NCBI RefSeq assembly: GCF_009834535.1
Contig: NC_045696.1
Coordinates: forward strand, 101,744,001-101,808,000
Direction of reading: 5' to 3'
DNA length: 64,000 nucleotides
Origin: Camelus ferus
Taxonomy: Eukaryota
The notes beneath the pieces are model-generated. The model searched no databases, was not told the DNA's origin, and saw only the letters and a program-made list of their open reading frames with translations. Numbering within the stretch: the first letter of the stretch is position 1; each line of letters starts with the position of its first letter. Shown in pieces: positions 13,165 to 26,846 of this stretch. A program made the translations under genes and the position numbers.

Positions 13165-13577
13165 AATTAAAACTATCAAATCAATAAATAATACTTAGTA
13201 AGCTTATTGTGCACATAATAACAATTTGCAAACTGGAAACTTTCCAAATTCCAAGATTGATATGAAGCTCAGGGGCATGAAGTTATAGGATGGCTTATAA
13301 AGTGAAAATGAGAAAGTTGTTACCTTTTACAGTGATTGGTTATTACAGTGAAGGTTTTCAGACAGCAGAGTATTGGTTAAAAGTGATTATCTCATACCAT
13401 TTTAAGGAATCTGACTTGTTGCTTTTAAGATTGTCAGAAGCATTTACAAGAAATAACCTAAGTTAAGTTTCACTTATGTTCATGAGACAAGGTAAATTTA
13501 GTTTTGCTTACATGGCTTAAATGGTTTTGTCTGCTCAGGGAATTCTCAAGTCCAGTCTCCACTTTGTATCTACCACA
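13165..13577 (-). mobile_element. ERV1-class solo LTR (MER34/MER39-like)
   Basis: Minus strand starts tgtggtagatacaaagtggagactggacttgagaattccctgagcagacaaaacc; subfamily uncertain. Confidence 0.55.
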
Positions 13578-14974
13578 TAAAATAAATTTAGGTTACAGGG
13601 AAGAGACGGGAGAGAAAATATGACCCATGACACAATCAAGGAGGAATACTAGAAAATAATTTCCAAAGTTTCTTACAAGTACTAAACCCTAGGCTCAGGA
13701 AGGCAAGCCCCTTGCAAGAAGAGTTGCAAAGAGAGATGGTGTAGCCTCACTTCTAAAGCCAAGATACCTGCAACTCTATTTTCTCAGCTAATTCTGCTGC
13801 TGAAACTTCTAACTAGATGAAAAAGAGATCCAAAACTCCCACCCAAAACTTAAATTTCCAGATCACTTTCTTTCTAAAGTGGTATAAATGAAACTAAAAA
13901 CAACCACAGAAAGAAAAGGACAATAATTGATCTAGACTCTTGGTTTCAAAACTCAACGATCAAATCCATTTCCCATCAAAATGACACTTGGGGAGGAGGT
14001 TTAGAGATTTAGATAATAGCTTCCAGCTAAAAAACAAAAAAGCAATGGAGTGGATTTTGAATGGGTCATTGAGTTTCTGGCCTGGAGCAAGTCACTCCAC
14101 TTAAAAAAAAAAAAAAAAGTCTGTTTCTCACAATGCTACCATGCTTTTGAAATCAAAATAGAAAATTTGTAATAAAAGACAATACCTACTAGCAAAAAAT
14201 CAAAACTCTCTAGCACTACTTAGTATAACAGAAACATCTTGTTTCTATGTCAATCTATCTTAACCTAAGGTTAGCCTTTTTTTAATCTGCTTTACTTGCT
14301 TCAAAAGAAATTCTGCATTGAAACAAAGAACTTAAAATAATTCACATTATAAGTTCATCTTTAATAACGTTCATCATAAAGACTAACAAGGAAAATCAGC
14401 TTTTTAATGGAAAGCAGACATTAGCACAACCAAGTTTGTAATGTGCGAATATCTTGCTTGGTCATCTTACTGCCTCCCTTATTAAAAGCCTGTCAGCTTT
14501 TACTTATACTTGACTTTCTGCCTCAACTCTTAAGAGATATTAAATATCTACCTTCCATTTTGACAGACTTTAATTTTGCTAAATGCCACTTCCAACTTTT
14601 AGAGTTTCGGAAGTTTTCATTAAAGTGGAGTGTTAGCAGAGCTTTGTTCAAATAATTTATTCAGCATCTCCTTTTATAACTATGCGCTCAGTTTCCAATA
14701 GGCCTCTAAATTACATCTGCAATGTATGATAACCTTTTCAACAGACAAAATTGCTTATTTTCTACATAATGGTTAATTTCAACCATAGTCATGCAAGGAC
14801 TTCTCTGATTTTAGGAGACTATGCCAACTTATTAAATCCAAAAGAATTTTTTCTTCTTATTCAAGAGCTGATACATATTTTAAACTTTGGTTTGACATCA
14901 AAGAGGTAGAATATTTAATTTATTATTTCATTTTACTTGCTCCCTAAACCTAGACTAGGCTCAAATGCAGACCA

Positions 14975-15292
14975 ACAGGATTTCTAAACACAAATGCCTG
15001 CCAATGTCAAGAAAGTTGAGCATCTACGAGAAAAGCAGAACTGCACTGCACTGTGAGAGGCTATGACCTGTTCAAAGCAGACACCTGCCACTCAGCAACA
15101 GCCCACTTTTGCTAGGAGAGAATATAGACCAGATGAAACCAGAGCTTTAGATCCACCAAAAAGGGCCAGAAATTGGGATTTATAAATCCATTAGCAACTA
15201 GTGTTAAAAAAAAAAAAAAAGAACTCTGAGAATTAAATCAAGCCAACAAAAAATGTTGCAGCCCACATCCACCACCATTTTGTTACTTCTGA
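14975..15292. mobile_element. hAT-Charlie MITE remnant (MER102-like)
   Basis: aaaagggccagaaattgggattt...gcaactagt...gcccacatcc...ttttgttacttctg; similar to 38695-38907. Confidence 0.5.
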
Positions 15293-15489
15293 TGTAGGAA
15301 ATCCCCGCATGAAGTGAAATTCCCTCTGTACCTGCTCCTTTGAAGGTTTAAGTTATACTGTTTAAATGTGATTATACTATCTGAAAGGAAAAAAAAAAAA
15401 TAGCAGTTATCATACTGCCTTAGTTCATAAAATCAGAAAGAATTAATCTAAAACTAACAGAAATGAAACCCAAAACAGCTAGATTTTGA

Positions 15490-15790
15490 TGACGGAAATG
15501 AAGGGGAGAGCCTGGTTGAGAAAGCTGCAATGAACTATGGCACGGGAAAACCCAGATGTAGATGAAGCAATGGTCGGGGATCTGTTTATGCAAATGGAGC
15601 CTGTGACCTGCGCTGAGGCGGCTTTGACGACCTAGAGGCTCTGCAAGAGTCCCTGGTATTCGGGACGAGGCTGCAAAGTGTCATTGATTTCTAAAAGTTG
15701 GAGGAGGCCAGCTCTGTTTTAAACAAGTATTGTCGACTGGCAACTTAGTGTAATAAGTCCCTAATCAATTAAACTACTAAGTACCGTATA
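15490..15790. promoter_or_regulatory. Candidate enhancer (non-repeat, CpG-retaining, TF-motif cluster)
   Basis: About 10 CpGs in 300 bp; octamer ATGCAAAT 15588-15595 overlapping forkhead-like TGTTTAT; TGACCT 15604-15609; TAATCAATTA 15762-15771. Confidence 0.4.
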
Positions 15791-16965
15791 GGGGGAAAGT
15801 TGCTAACTTTTTTTTCAATCCACTATGTTAAAATTAAGTATTATGCAAAGCACTCGAACATTTAAGAACCATATTATTAAACCATCACCAAGTCTTGGCA
15901 ACCAGGACACAACAAGGAATCAAAACAAAAGGGTAATTATGATAGTACAGCAGCTGGTATTTTTTTGCAGCCAATTTGTTGAGAGGTGCTGGGTAGCAAA
16001 CTGTAAAGTTCTCATAGGATTGAAAAGAGAGCCAAATAGTGAGGTATGTGCACTGCCAGGTTCTAAATTATATATCCCAAGTACCACAAAGCCAAAACAT
16101 CTCACATTTCCATTACCTCTATTCTGACCACTTTAACTCTTTTGTTTCTTCTGACAAAGTACAATATTCTCATGACTCTTCATTATGACACTTACCATAA
16201 ACTGGCTGGTGCTGTTTAATTGTCTTCACTTAAACACTGGAGGACAGGGAAAGGTTATTTTATTATCACTAACACATCTAGCAGGGTCCCTGGTAGAGAA
16301 TACCGGCTCCATAAACTGACATGAATCCGACTGGTGGTGGTGCTTCCCTAATGCATCCTGGCAGCTCCCTTTTCTTCAGCTATTCCCCAGGGAACATCTG
16401 CTCTACCTTCTTATCTGGCTCTGCTGCCAGCCTTATCGAGAACGGTCTCAGCTCTCCCAACAGAATCTGTCATCCAGAAACTGTTTACCAAGTTTGCTTT
16501 TCGTAATACCCTTAAGCAGGCTCTAACCCGTGTCTTGGTATTGAGAATGGTCTCTTAAAAACTAGTTTCCCTTCACATTTTAAAAATTATTCCTGATACA
16601 AAATTCTCCCAATCTCTTATAAAACCTAGTAACTATGAAAACTGTCCTAATGTACTCAATAATTCCTAAAGCTTTATGATGATAAAGACTTGAGCTCTGT
16701 CACATTTACCTCCTAATTTTCTAGTATTGCAAATTCCTGCCTCTTCAGAACTATTACTTATTTAACTCTCTCTTGGGACATGATTTGGTCCTTAACAGGT
16801 ATGGACTCTTCTTTCTGGTAGTTCAAAGACACCTTCATCCTTATAGCAATAGACAAGGTTTAATTTCCTTTCTCTCTGCTAAAATACCTGCTAAGATAAA
16901 TGACATTGCTGAAAAGTGAATCCGATTCAATTCTCCACTGAACATGCCCTTGATAAAAGAAGACC

Positions 16966-17100
16966 AGCACTTCTTAAACCCCGGTGCGCATATGAATTAC
17001 TAGGAGATCTGGTTAAATGCCTGTTCTGGATCTTGTATTTCTAAACCCTACCAGATGCTGCTGTTGCTGGTCCACACAGACCATACTCTGAGTACTGAGG
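16966..17100. mobile_element. MER5A-like hAT MITE remnant
   Basis: tgtatttctaa...ccagatgctgctgttgctggtcca...gaccatactctgagta. Confidence 0.65.
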
Positions 17101-20100
17101 ATCCAGACAAGGTACCTTTTGAACTCTTCCCCCGATGCTTTTTCAGTTTTCCTTTTCTCCAAAGCACCCACCCAATTGCTGTCCCTACCCTTGGCCACAC
17201 TGCAGTAACCTGCCCAAGCCTGCTTCCCATGAACTGGCCCACCTCAGTGCCCCATTACTCTTTCATGATTCCCATAGGGACTTGCCCTCGGCAGGCTGCA
17301 ACACTGCAACAGAAAGCTAGTTGACTGACTCACATGAAATATTAATAGCTGCTTTTTGAGCCATGCTTTATTTTACAACTCTCTACTTGATTCATAGGCA
17401 GTGAGAGGAACATTCTAGAGCAAGGGTGGGGGCTTTCTCTGGACTTCTAAAATCCCAACCCATTGATGCTGCCTAAATTCACCTGTGTGGGCTGATTCAT
17501 TTATGCTCTTGAATGTTATCACTATACTAGAAATTTCCATTATTAGGCACCTCTCAAGTTCACCTGCCTAGAGTGACTCTGATTCTCCTAATTTTCTCCT
17601 AACCCCCAGGTTGAGATGCTGTGACAGCCTTACTCGGGAACCGAGACTGTTAAAAATGTTGAAGTGCTTCTGAAATCCTACCAGACTTGGCAATATTACA
17701 GGGATGAATCAGACACCGAAGTATGTTCAACTTTCAGCTGAAATGAGAATGTCTTTATCTAAATTCCATTAAACCTGGCATCTTTCAGAGAGTTCTCCGA
17801 CAGGAACAAAACTCAAACACAGTGTCTGCAGGCCTGCCAAGTTCCCCTTATCTGAATAACCCTCAATTTAGGACTGGCCTATACCACTGACTTTAGGAAA
17901 TTACCTGTCACTCCATTTTTGCTTCTTGTGTAATTTAGGTTTTGTTATAGTCAAGTTCAAGTATCATTTACAATATAACATTAAGATTCCTTTACGGTCA
18001 TTATTTTAACCTCTATAAGCATGCATGCCCACAGATGAGAAAGAAAAGAGATTTTAAAGTTAAAAATTTAAAAATATTGCATGATCAACGGCTCCTGTAC
18101 CAATGTAGAAGAATAACCAGTCCCCAATTTTAGATGTATTTGTCCCTGAGAAATGTTTTTAAGCAGAGTGGAAGGCTGGGTGCCCTGTAAGCTATTGAAT
18201 GTGCCCTGTCTCTTTCATAGATTAACCATCAATAGAAACAGAAAGGACAAGTCAAGTCAACAAGAGGTGACCCATATCATTAGGCAAAGGAAAAATAAGA
18301 GGATTAGCATGGGAATCAGAGAAAGGAGAATATTTGTCTAGGATTTCCTCCTTAACCCACTAGCATGATTCTGATTACAGCTCCTATATTTGCTTCTTTA
18401 AACAAAGATTACCCTAATTATCCTAACGATTTTTTCAACAATTACTTAGAAAAGCACTGCCTCGCTTTCCCAATTAGGCAGACAAAAATTGGATCTGATT
18501 TTACAGTACTGACAGAATGAACTCAGCCACAACCTAGGGTCAGCAGAGCAAAGTATTGACAGGCACAGACGGAGAGCCTCCTCTCCTGAACTCCTAAAGG
18601 CACATGATGTGTTTTCTAGCATTTCTGATTTTGGAACTCACCCTTACCCTCTTGAGTACCAAAAAAGTTGCCCCTAAAAATCTGAAAGGGCATATACTGG
18701 GCAAACAGAGCAATGTGAAGGTCTTTCTATAACTTTGAATATGTCTAAAGCTGAACAGCCTTAAAAGCTGCTATGCTCAGTCTCACAAAATCCCCATCAC
18801 CTATGTGACTTTGATTTATCAAGGAAACTCCCAGCTAACTTTTAGGCTCTGGCTTGGAAGGAATAAGCAGGACACCATTAGTTATGGAGCACACAAAGCA
18901 AGCATGTGCTGGGAAGTTCTATAAATCCAACCAACTCTTCAGTTCCAGATTTAGAGATAGAGTCCTGGGATGGCCTCTAAGCCTCCCACCAGCAGCCCTG
19001 ATGGGCAATGAAAAAAAGTGGCGCTAATGCAAGTTGTAAATCTACTGTGATGGATTCCTCAGTGACGACCTTGGAGGCTGGAGAGAGAGCTCTGTGACAG
19101 AGGGCCCTGGAAGCCTGCAGCCTTGGTGATTGCGTAGCAGCTGGGAAACAGAATCACAGAGTCAGGAGCAGCCTCTGACAAGCACGAGTTGTCTGTAGGT
19201 GCCCTCCATCATCCTTAATAAGTGCCTGTGAGGTGTCTGTCATGCTCAGGGTCTGGTCAGACAGAAAGAAAGATTGTACAGCAAGGTCCTTTCCCTGTTA
19301 TGCTCTTGTTTACTTTATCTGTAAACACCACTCAACCTCTTGGCCCCCAGGAAATCCTCAGAGAGCATCTGTTGAAAAGGCACATAGCCCAGAACTGAGA
19401 ATGGGAACATTTCAATAGACTAAAGGACAGGAGCCAACAGAGCCACTTACGACTTAAAACAAAACAAAACAAAAAAACTGGAAGAAAGAACTGTAGACAG
19501 AGGTTGACTTAGTGAGTTTGGAAACTAATCAAGCTACCATCCGTACTACCTGGATTTTAAAGACCTGGCATATTCTGAAATTGCCTTCTCTTAATTATAT
19601 AATGCCCAAAGTTTTCCATTCTGAAAATTATCAATTCATGAAATAAAAGCTGTCCTATATGCAGTAAGTGAAAACATGTATTTCTCCTTTATTCTTGCAC
19701 TAACATGAAATCTGGTCTCTTCTGTTTAAAAACACACCAAAATGCAGCTTTAGAAATATTAATAAAAGTGTATTACTTTATATCACTTCATCAGAAAGTG
19801 GGCCTAGGATAAAATGACAGAAATATTCTGTACTTCTCACTCAGCAAAGGCCATTAGACACCCGAGGCAAGCAATTATTTGCCAAACTAAACTATTAAAC
19901 TATTTTCTGACTCAGAATCAATTGTCAACAGTATAATGCAAATACTTTAGAAAGCTTGATTACATAAAACTAGATCACAAATGGGAAATTCAAATAATTT
20001 GTTTAATAAATGTAATAAATATGTATGTTGATCAACAAAATATTAGAGATGGATTAGGATTTTTTTTAAGTATTTCCACTGCAAAATAGAAAAATAGCTG

Positions 20101-20200
20101 TTGCTATTATAGAGTATTTTGCAGTTCAGTGTCCTCTATCTGAGTAAAGTAGAACATTACCCCAGAATAGTGGAAAGTCCTGACCTAGAAGAGGTAAAGT

Positions 20201-20422
20201 CAAGAGTTGACAAACTTTTTCTGTTAGAAGTCAGATAGTAAATATTTTACACTTTGCAGGAAACAGTCTCTGTTGCAACTACGCAACTCTGCAACTATAG
20301 CATAAAAGCAGCCAGAGACCATACAGTGAAGAATGAACATGGCAGGGAGCCAATAAAACTTTATTAACTAAAACAAGTGACAGACCTGATTTGACCCAAG
20401 GACCATAGTTTGCTAACACCTG
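20201..20422 (-). mobile_element. MER58A-like hAT-Charlie MITE
   Basis: Terminal inverted repeats caagagttgacaaact / agtttgctaacacctg; internal gccaataaaactttatt; 8-bp flanks ggtaaagt/agtaaagc match 6/8. Confidence 0.85.
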
Positions 20423-20789
20423 AGTAAAGCCAAACCCCACTATAAAAATCAGATCCAACAATGTTGTCAAATTTTACCTAATTTTAGTATCTGGTCTATT
20501 CCACCATTTTCTAATTGTACTAAACCATGTTTTCACAAATATGCAGGAAATAAAAAATCCTGATTAAGTATACAATCAGGTATGACAGTTTTTCAATGAA
20601 TAAGTATTCATTAAACTAGAATGTGTCACATAATATTGTGCTATTAGATTACATAGAAAATTGCATGAAAAGCAAGTAATATTCTCCTAAAACATCATAA
20701 TCAAAGCACCTTTCAGGATCTTACAGCAGTTCTGATATGTAAGTATAAACAACCTTCATTATATAATATTGTTAAAATATAATTTCAAA

Positions 20790-21237
20790 AGGACTCTCAA
20801 GCAAATATATACACGTTAAAGATTTTATTTAACTTATTACTTAATGAGAGAACAGTTAAGATGCCAAAAGTGGTTCAACGGTTCAAAGAACATTTGAAAT
20901 GGTAATATGTAGGCAATTTAACAAGAAAATATCAGGATAAGTTTATTGGGTTAGATTTAAAACTGGTTAATTGACCAACAACTGAGGTTATCTGTTTAAC
21001 TGGACAGAAATTATTTGCATATTACCTGACATACATCCACAAGTTAACCTTTGTCCCACAGAGTTGTAAATGGCCCAGTTAATAGAAGCCCAGCATTACA
21101 ATGAAAGAAGATCTAGTAATCTCTTTTACCTATTTCCAAGTCTCAAATGATTTTTCTGACAGTATTGGAGATTAGCCTATATTTGTTCTGCATGTATGAA
21201 GCATCTCGAAATGTATTAAATAAACTCTATGTGTTAC
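20790..21237 (-). mobile_element. ERV1 solo LTR (LTR37-like)
   Basis: gttaaagattttatttaacttattacttaatgagagaac resembles remembered LTR37 consensus. Confidence 0.5.
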
Positions 21238-21639
21238 CTTATTGTTCTATTTTTTTGTTTTCCCATAAAAGTAGAGGATAGAATTCGGAAATAGGTGAGC
21301 TTCTCTGCATCATAGCACACAAAAAATAATGACAATGTATAGCCTTCTCCCAAGTCGTCCTGCACTAAGCCCTTGGTTGTGAGGACCGCATTCCCGTGTC
21401 CTTCGGCTTTACTGTTCCAAGAGTCTGTATTCACGCAGCCAACAGTGGACAGCTGAATGGATGATGGTATATTAGCACCAAGGGATAACTGCAGCTGTTG
21501 CCATCATGTTGGAGAAACACTTCTTGGCATGAAAATATTTTCATAATTAATTCATAAGTGAAAAAATTCAGCTATTTGATAGTGTGCATAGGCACTTCTG
21601 TGCGTACATTTCCCTGGTCTTCTGCATTACTTTTATAGT

Positions 21640-22296
21640 TTTGAAAGTTTAGGATTCTCTCCTTATTTCTTAAATGTAGTCTCTGCATAATGACTTTTTC
21701 CAAGGAGTACAGTATGTAAAGGGGGGGAAATAATTTTATAGTGAAGAAACCTGACAAACACTACCTTAACCAGATGATCAAGGTCAGTCTCAACAGTGAT
21801 AATTCACTCACGCTAACACTAGGTACCCTTGATATGATGTGATGAAAATGGCGCTTTACCTCTGTGGTCTTCCTCTCAAAACCCCACACCCCCAGTCTAT
21901 GCAGGAGAAAAACTTCAGACAAATCTAAATTGAGAGACATTCTTCAAAATCCAGAACTGCACTACTCAAAATTGTCAAGGTTACCAAAAACAAGGAAAGT
22001 CAAAGAATCTGTCACATCCAAGAGGAACCTAAGGAAGACATAACTAAATGTAACACAGTATCCCAGAGCTAAGAGGGATATCAGGTTACAAACTGAGGAA
22101 ATCTGAATAACGAATGAACTTTCCTTAATAGTTATCTATGAAAATTGGCTCATTAATCACAACAAATATACCATACTAGTGTAAATGTTAATGACAGGGG
22201 AAACTTGGGTGTGGGACATATTGGAACTCTCTGTACTATCTTCACATTTTTTTTCAGTAAAGATAAAACTGTTTTAAAATAAAATTATATTAAAAA
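21640..22296 (+). mobile_element. L1MC/L1MD-type 3' end
   Basis: gaagaaacctgacaaacactacctt, ctcaaaattgtcaagg, ggaactctctgtactatct, A-rich end; related to 61520-62910. Confidence 0.85.
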
Positions 22297-23314
22297 TGTT
22301 TCAGGTTTTGATTCTCTATTTTTTGCATCACTGTTTTTTCATTTAAATTTCTTTCAGATTTTTCACTCATGTTTCACCTTCATAAAGTGAAGGCATATTT
22401 ACTTTAAAACAAGGAAGCATCTTCTGTGAACTCATGCTTCTATATTTTCAAAGTTGCCATCTCAAGACTCAGAGTCTCTTTCTCAGAAAAAGAACACTTC
22501 TATACACATCGCATCATAATTTTCTCCAATATTTCCTCAATCGTTTCTTTTAAGAGAGTTCTCCACACAATATGAAAAATTGTAACTTTGATATAATAAG
22601 ACTTAAACTTCTTCATAGGGTTTGCATGTTTGACTTCCTATCATGTAAACTATCTTCTGTAATATTTTACTTTATGAATACCACCCCAATGCCTAAGTTA
22701 AATCAATTCAGCTATACTGGTAAGGAGAGAAATGGTAAAAATATTAAATGTGGGTCCTGCTTATTAACATCCCAGTATAATTTATGGTGACAGAGGAATC
22801 TAACAGGTAGTTTTGGGGTCAGAACTGATTTGTGTCTTAAACTTTACTCCATACTTACTGAGAGGTCAAGTTATGTGTATAGAATCTATGTGGTAATTTT
22901 AAAATATAAATGGTATGATATAGATGTGTAAATTAACTTTAATCTATATCCCCAAGTGGCTTGTTAGTGATTGGAAGACCCCTAGTCAGAAATCTACATG
23001 ACAGAGGTCTTGTAAGCCCTTCAAATGTCATTACTGAAATATGCACCAGACTTTTGTTAATGAACATAGAGGATGTTTAGAAAATAATTTTCATGAGTGA
23101 AATAAATGGAGTTTACCTGTACTAAATGATTCCACAGATGCCACCACCACCCTTACAAGTGCTACACTCTAAGCCTACTGCTCCATTGGGTTCTGGGTCC
23201 TCCCCACCTCCCAGCTGCCCTCATGGCCTGACCGCACAAGAGTTCATGTTGGGCCGCTAGAATGGTGGAACACGGTTTGTGTCCATGTCAGAGTGAACCT
23301 TCAAAGTAGTAAGG

Positions 23315-23480
23315 CCTAACATGTGTTGATCACTTACTGTGTGTCAGGCACTGTTCTATGCTTCATGCATGTAGACACTCATGCAGTCTCTCTGAACCCT
23401 GTAAGGTGTGCAGAGCTACACATTACAGATGAAGAAACAGGCCGGAGAGGTTACAGAACTCGGCGAAGGTCTCACTGCCA
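23315..23480 (-). mobile_element. MIR SINE
   Basis: cacttactgtgtgtcaggcactgttcta...cattacagatgaagaaacaggc. Confidence 0.75.
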
Positions 23481-25621
23481 ATCAGTGATGCCAATCAGTG
23501 AAGATAATACAAGAAGCACTTCTTAATCCACAGAACTTTATTATGTCTTATATTCTAAGAGGTGGAAACTCCAACAACAAAAAAAAACTCTTAAGGTGCA
23601 GACTGCCTTGACTATATTACATGACAGGACACTCTCCTTTGTTCTTCTGAAGCAACACTTGACTCCCTTTCATTTCAAATTTTTGTCTACTGTGATGCCC
23701 CTTGTTTTCAAAATGTTTGAGTTTCTTTTCAAATGTGTATGTGAAGTTTAAGAAAAACTTCTATTAAATCGGTGTGTTAAAAATTATTGTGTGATAGTCC
23801 CCGGACTCTGGCTGAAATGACTAACCCATCATGTCATCCTCCAGAGTGACCAGTGTGATGCTGGTCTTTTCCCACCACAGTTTGGTATCATCTTGGCCTG
23901 ACCTGGAAAAGAACAGATACTAAAAAAGAGTAGACTGGCTATACAAAAAAGTCTCATGAAAATCTGCAGAAAACTTCTCTGAGCAGTTTTCAGTTCAAAA
24001 AGCTTTCATTATTTCAGGTAGGAATGAATCATCCTGAGCCTGTCTTCTGTGTTTGCTTGTTCTGTCTGTCCTCTGTCATCCCTCCCTACCACTTAATATA
24101 TTTTCTGTAAAGTTTCCATAAATCGTTTTTTCTAGGTATCCTGTTTTCATCCCTAGGCAAGATTCACTTTTTGTGGACACTCTTTTGTCCAAGAGTCAGG
24201 AAGCTGAAGCCCCACCCTGCTCAGTTATCTTCAACCAAATGGACTCTGCATAATTTGGTTTACCAGCCATGACCCAAAGTATTCCCCTTGATGACTTCCA
24301 GGACCATCATGACTTGAATCATCTAAGAAAAAATAGAAAATTTTTTCTAATGGAAAAATTCCATCCTGGCCAGATGGAGTCTGGTATCTATGGGAAGAAT
24401 AAGCATACAAAGAAAAAAAAGCCATACTTTAATTGACTCCCTATCAGATAATCAGGAGAGACTGCAAACCTTACTAAGTACACCCACAGAAAGAGAAATG
24501 AAGAAAGACAGGGTGAAACAGAGAAAGAACTCGGGGACAAGCCTTATAAATTTATCTATTAAAAGGCCCCAGGAGCAAAAATTCTAACCCTCCTCATTCA
24601 GAGGAGGTACACACCCAGGTCTCTCCACCAGACTATGTTTGGAGAGATGGACCCCTGTGAAACTCCACTGATAAAGGACTGTCCAATAACCTCAATAACA
24701 TTTATACTTCGTTCTTCAGCTTATAATCACCCATGCATTAAGCCCCCACCAGCTTCTAGATTTCTTTCCTCAGGGATGCCAGGAAAGTTTCTGTACAGTT
24801 ACTTCAGTACAAGATCAAATATTCAAAACAATAATACTGAAGTCCTAAACCCTGAGGAGGTCACACCTTAGAAATAATGGCCAGTGTTGGCTGCTCCACT
24901 TACAATAAATGGAACAAAGACTCATCCCCAGGATAAGTTTATCTTTCGCAAATTAATTCCTCTGCTGCCCATTCCTTCAGTTTTATATAATAGAAAGTAG
25001 ATCAAAATAACCTCTCTCCTTAAGTAGACCAACATTACAAAGAACAGTAGAATAAAAAAAGTATTAGTGTAGCAGGAAGCAGTGAGTAGATGTTGAAATG
25101 CAAACAGGTATAATTACAAGTAACTCTGCTTTAGGTTGTAATGTAATCTCTCTTCCATCCATAGATGAAAAATAATATCCTAAAAAATATATAAAAACCT
25201 GTTTGGATAGTTACAAACATAAACTTGTTGAATTACAAATGATGCTGAGAACTTTTTAAGAACCTTAAGAGCTGTCTGATTGAGGAGCACTCCAAATACA
25301 TTTACCATATAAAACGTCTATTTTTAAATGAATATGGTTAAAATGTATAAAACGTGTTGAATCTATATTAGAATATTTTGATTGAATATGACCATTGATT
25401 TATTTAACCAGGAAGACAGGATGACACTGAAAGTCTGTGTATAAAAATAAAACTATATATAAAATAATTCTTATTTGTTTACTAGAAGAATCATCTAAAG
25501 CTCAAAAAAGAAAAAGTTATCTTTGGTCTGATAGAGGCCAGTGACAAGCCAAGTAACTGATTCTAGGCTTGAGCCTGAGGCCAGTCTCTGAAAGTGAACA
25601 AAAAGAGTGAACAAAAATTGA

Positions 25622-25793
25622 TTTTTTTAAATCAATTGCATTTTATTTGGATATATTCTTGATATATTTATAACATTCTTAGTTGGATTTTAGAAGTCCA
25701 AATTCATAAATGTTAAGATAATATTTATCTGCATCCAAAGGCTTCTGAAAAATGGCTGTGTTTATTAGAATCTTTATTAAACTAAGGATATCA
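25622..25793 (+). repeat. 172-bp exact direct repeat, copy 1
   Basis: Identical by eye to 26847-27018 (tttttttaaatcaattgc...actaaggatatca); offset 1225 bp. Confidence 0.95.
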
Positions 25794-26846
25794 AAAGAGA
25801 GGGAGGAAGGGAGGAAGGACATCAGCCTAAAACCTGCAAATAGTGGTAATTTCAGTTCTAGAAACCTGGGCAAGAGGTGACTTGATTACTTCCCTCTTCT
25901 TTAATAAAATATTCATATTTTATCTCATTTTTATTTCCAAAACACTCATTGCCAGTTTGAGGGAGTTTTGTTGTTGTTGCTGCTGCAGTTTTAAATGCCC
26001 CTGTTAGAAAAAAAAATGTATCTAATATATGGAGATAAAACAAAAGGAAGAGTGTGTGTCCTCTCACTGTCTCCCTGGAACACTGTCTCATAAGAGTCAG
26101 CCGATTCCCTTTGCTTGACTTACTATTTACTGTTCATTAAAGTTCAAACTCTGTAAAGTTAGCCATTAACCTGCAGAAAACTGGTAAGTTGCAAACGATT
26201 TTGATCCGATAGAGATGTAAATGATGTCTACCCTATAGAAAATACAACCCCCCAAATTAAAGCTCTTTTGCCCTGTTTTGCACCTAATTTAGTGCTCTGA
26301 TTTCAGCATTCTTTGTTTTGAATACTCCTTTGATCCAGCTTTGCCATCCCACTGGATTCCTCTTTAATGAGTTGAACATGCCATGCCTTTGACTCCATCT
26401 ATATTTATATGAGAATCATATTTTTAACCATCTACGTATTATACTTTGACATCTTTAAATCTGAAACCATAATTTTTAAAAACATTGTGTAATAATGAAA
26501 CTTCTACTGGTGTACATGAATTGCAAAGAATGCAATTTTATATTGTACTCTGTAGTTACAAGAGCAATTACTATGAGATATAAAACTGGAAATCTTGGGC
26601 ATAGCATATTTGTTTTCATTCAAGAATTTGAATTTCTGCACTAAAACTGAAGAGCTAATGTTTTATGTAACACATGACATTTCCTTCATTTGAAATGAAG
26701 TGCAGTTGAAATGTATTATAACTATAAACCTGGGTATTCTTTCTGAGTATCATTCTAACAGGACACAGATAATCTAAAAATTATGTGAACCCATGGAAAA
26801 GTTTCCACTTGAATTTCTTGAGTATACAATCTTCCACATTTTCCAG

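Noticed and set aside
15631..15690. Possible minus-strand terminal exon INDTLQPRPEYQGLLQSL-stop after ttttag
   Set aside because: Peptide not recognised, no compatible upstream exons identified; the region is better explained as regulatory
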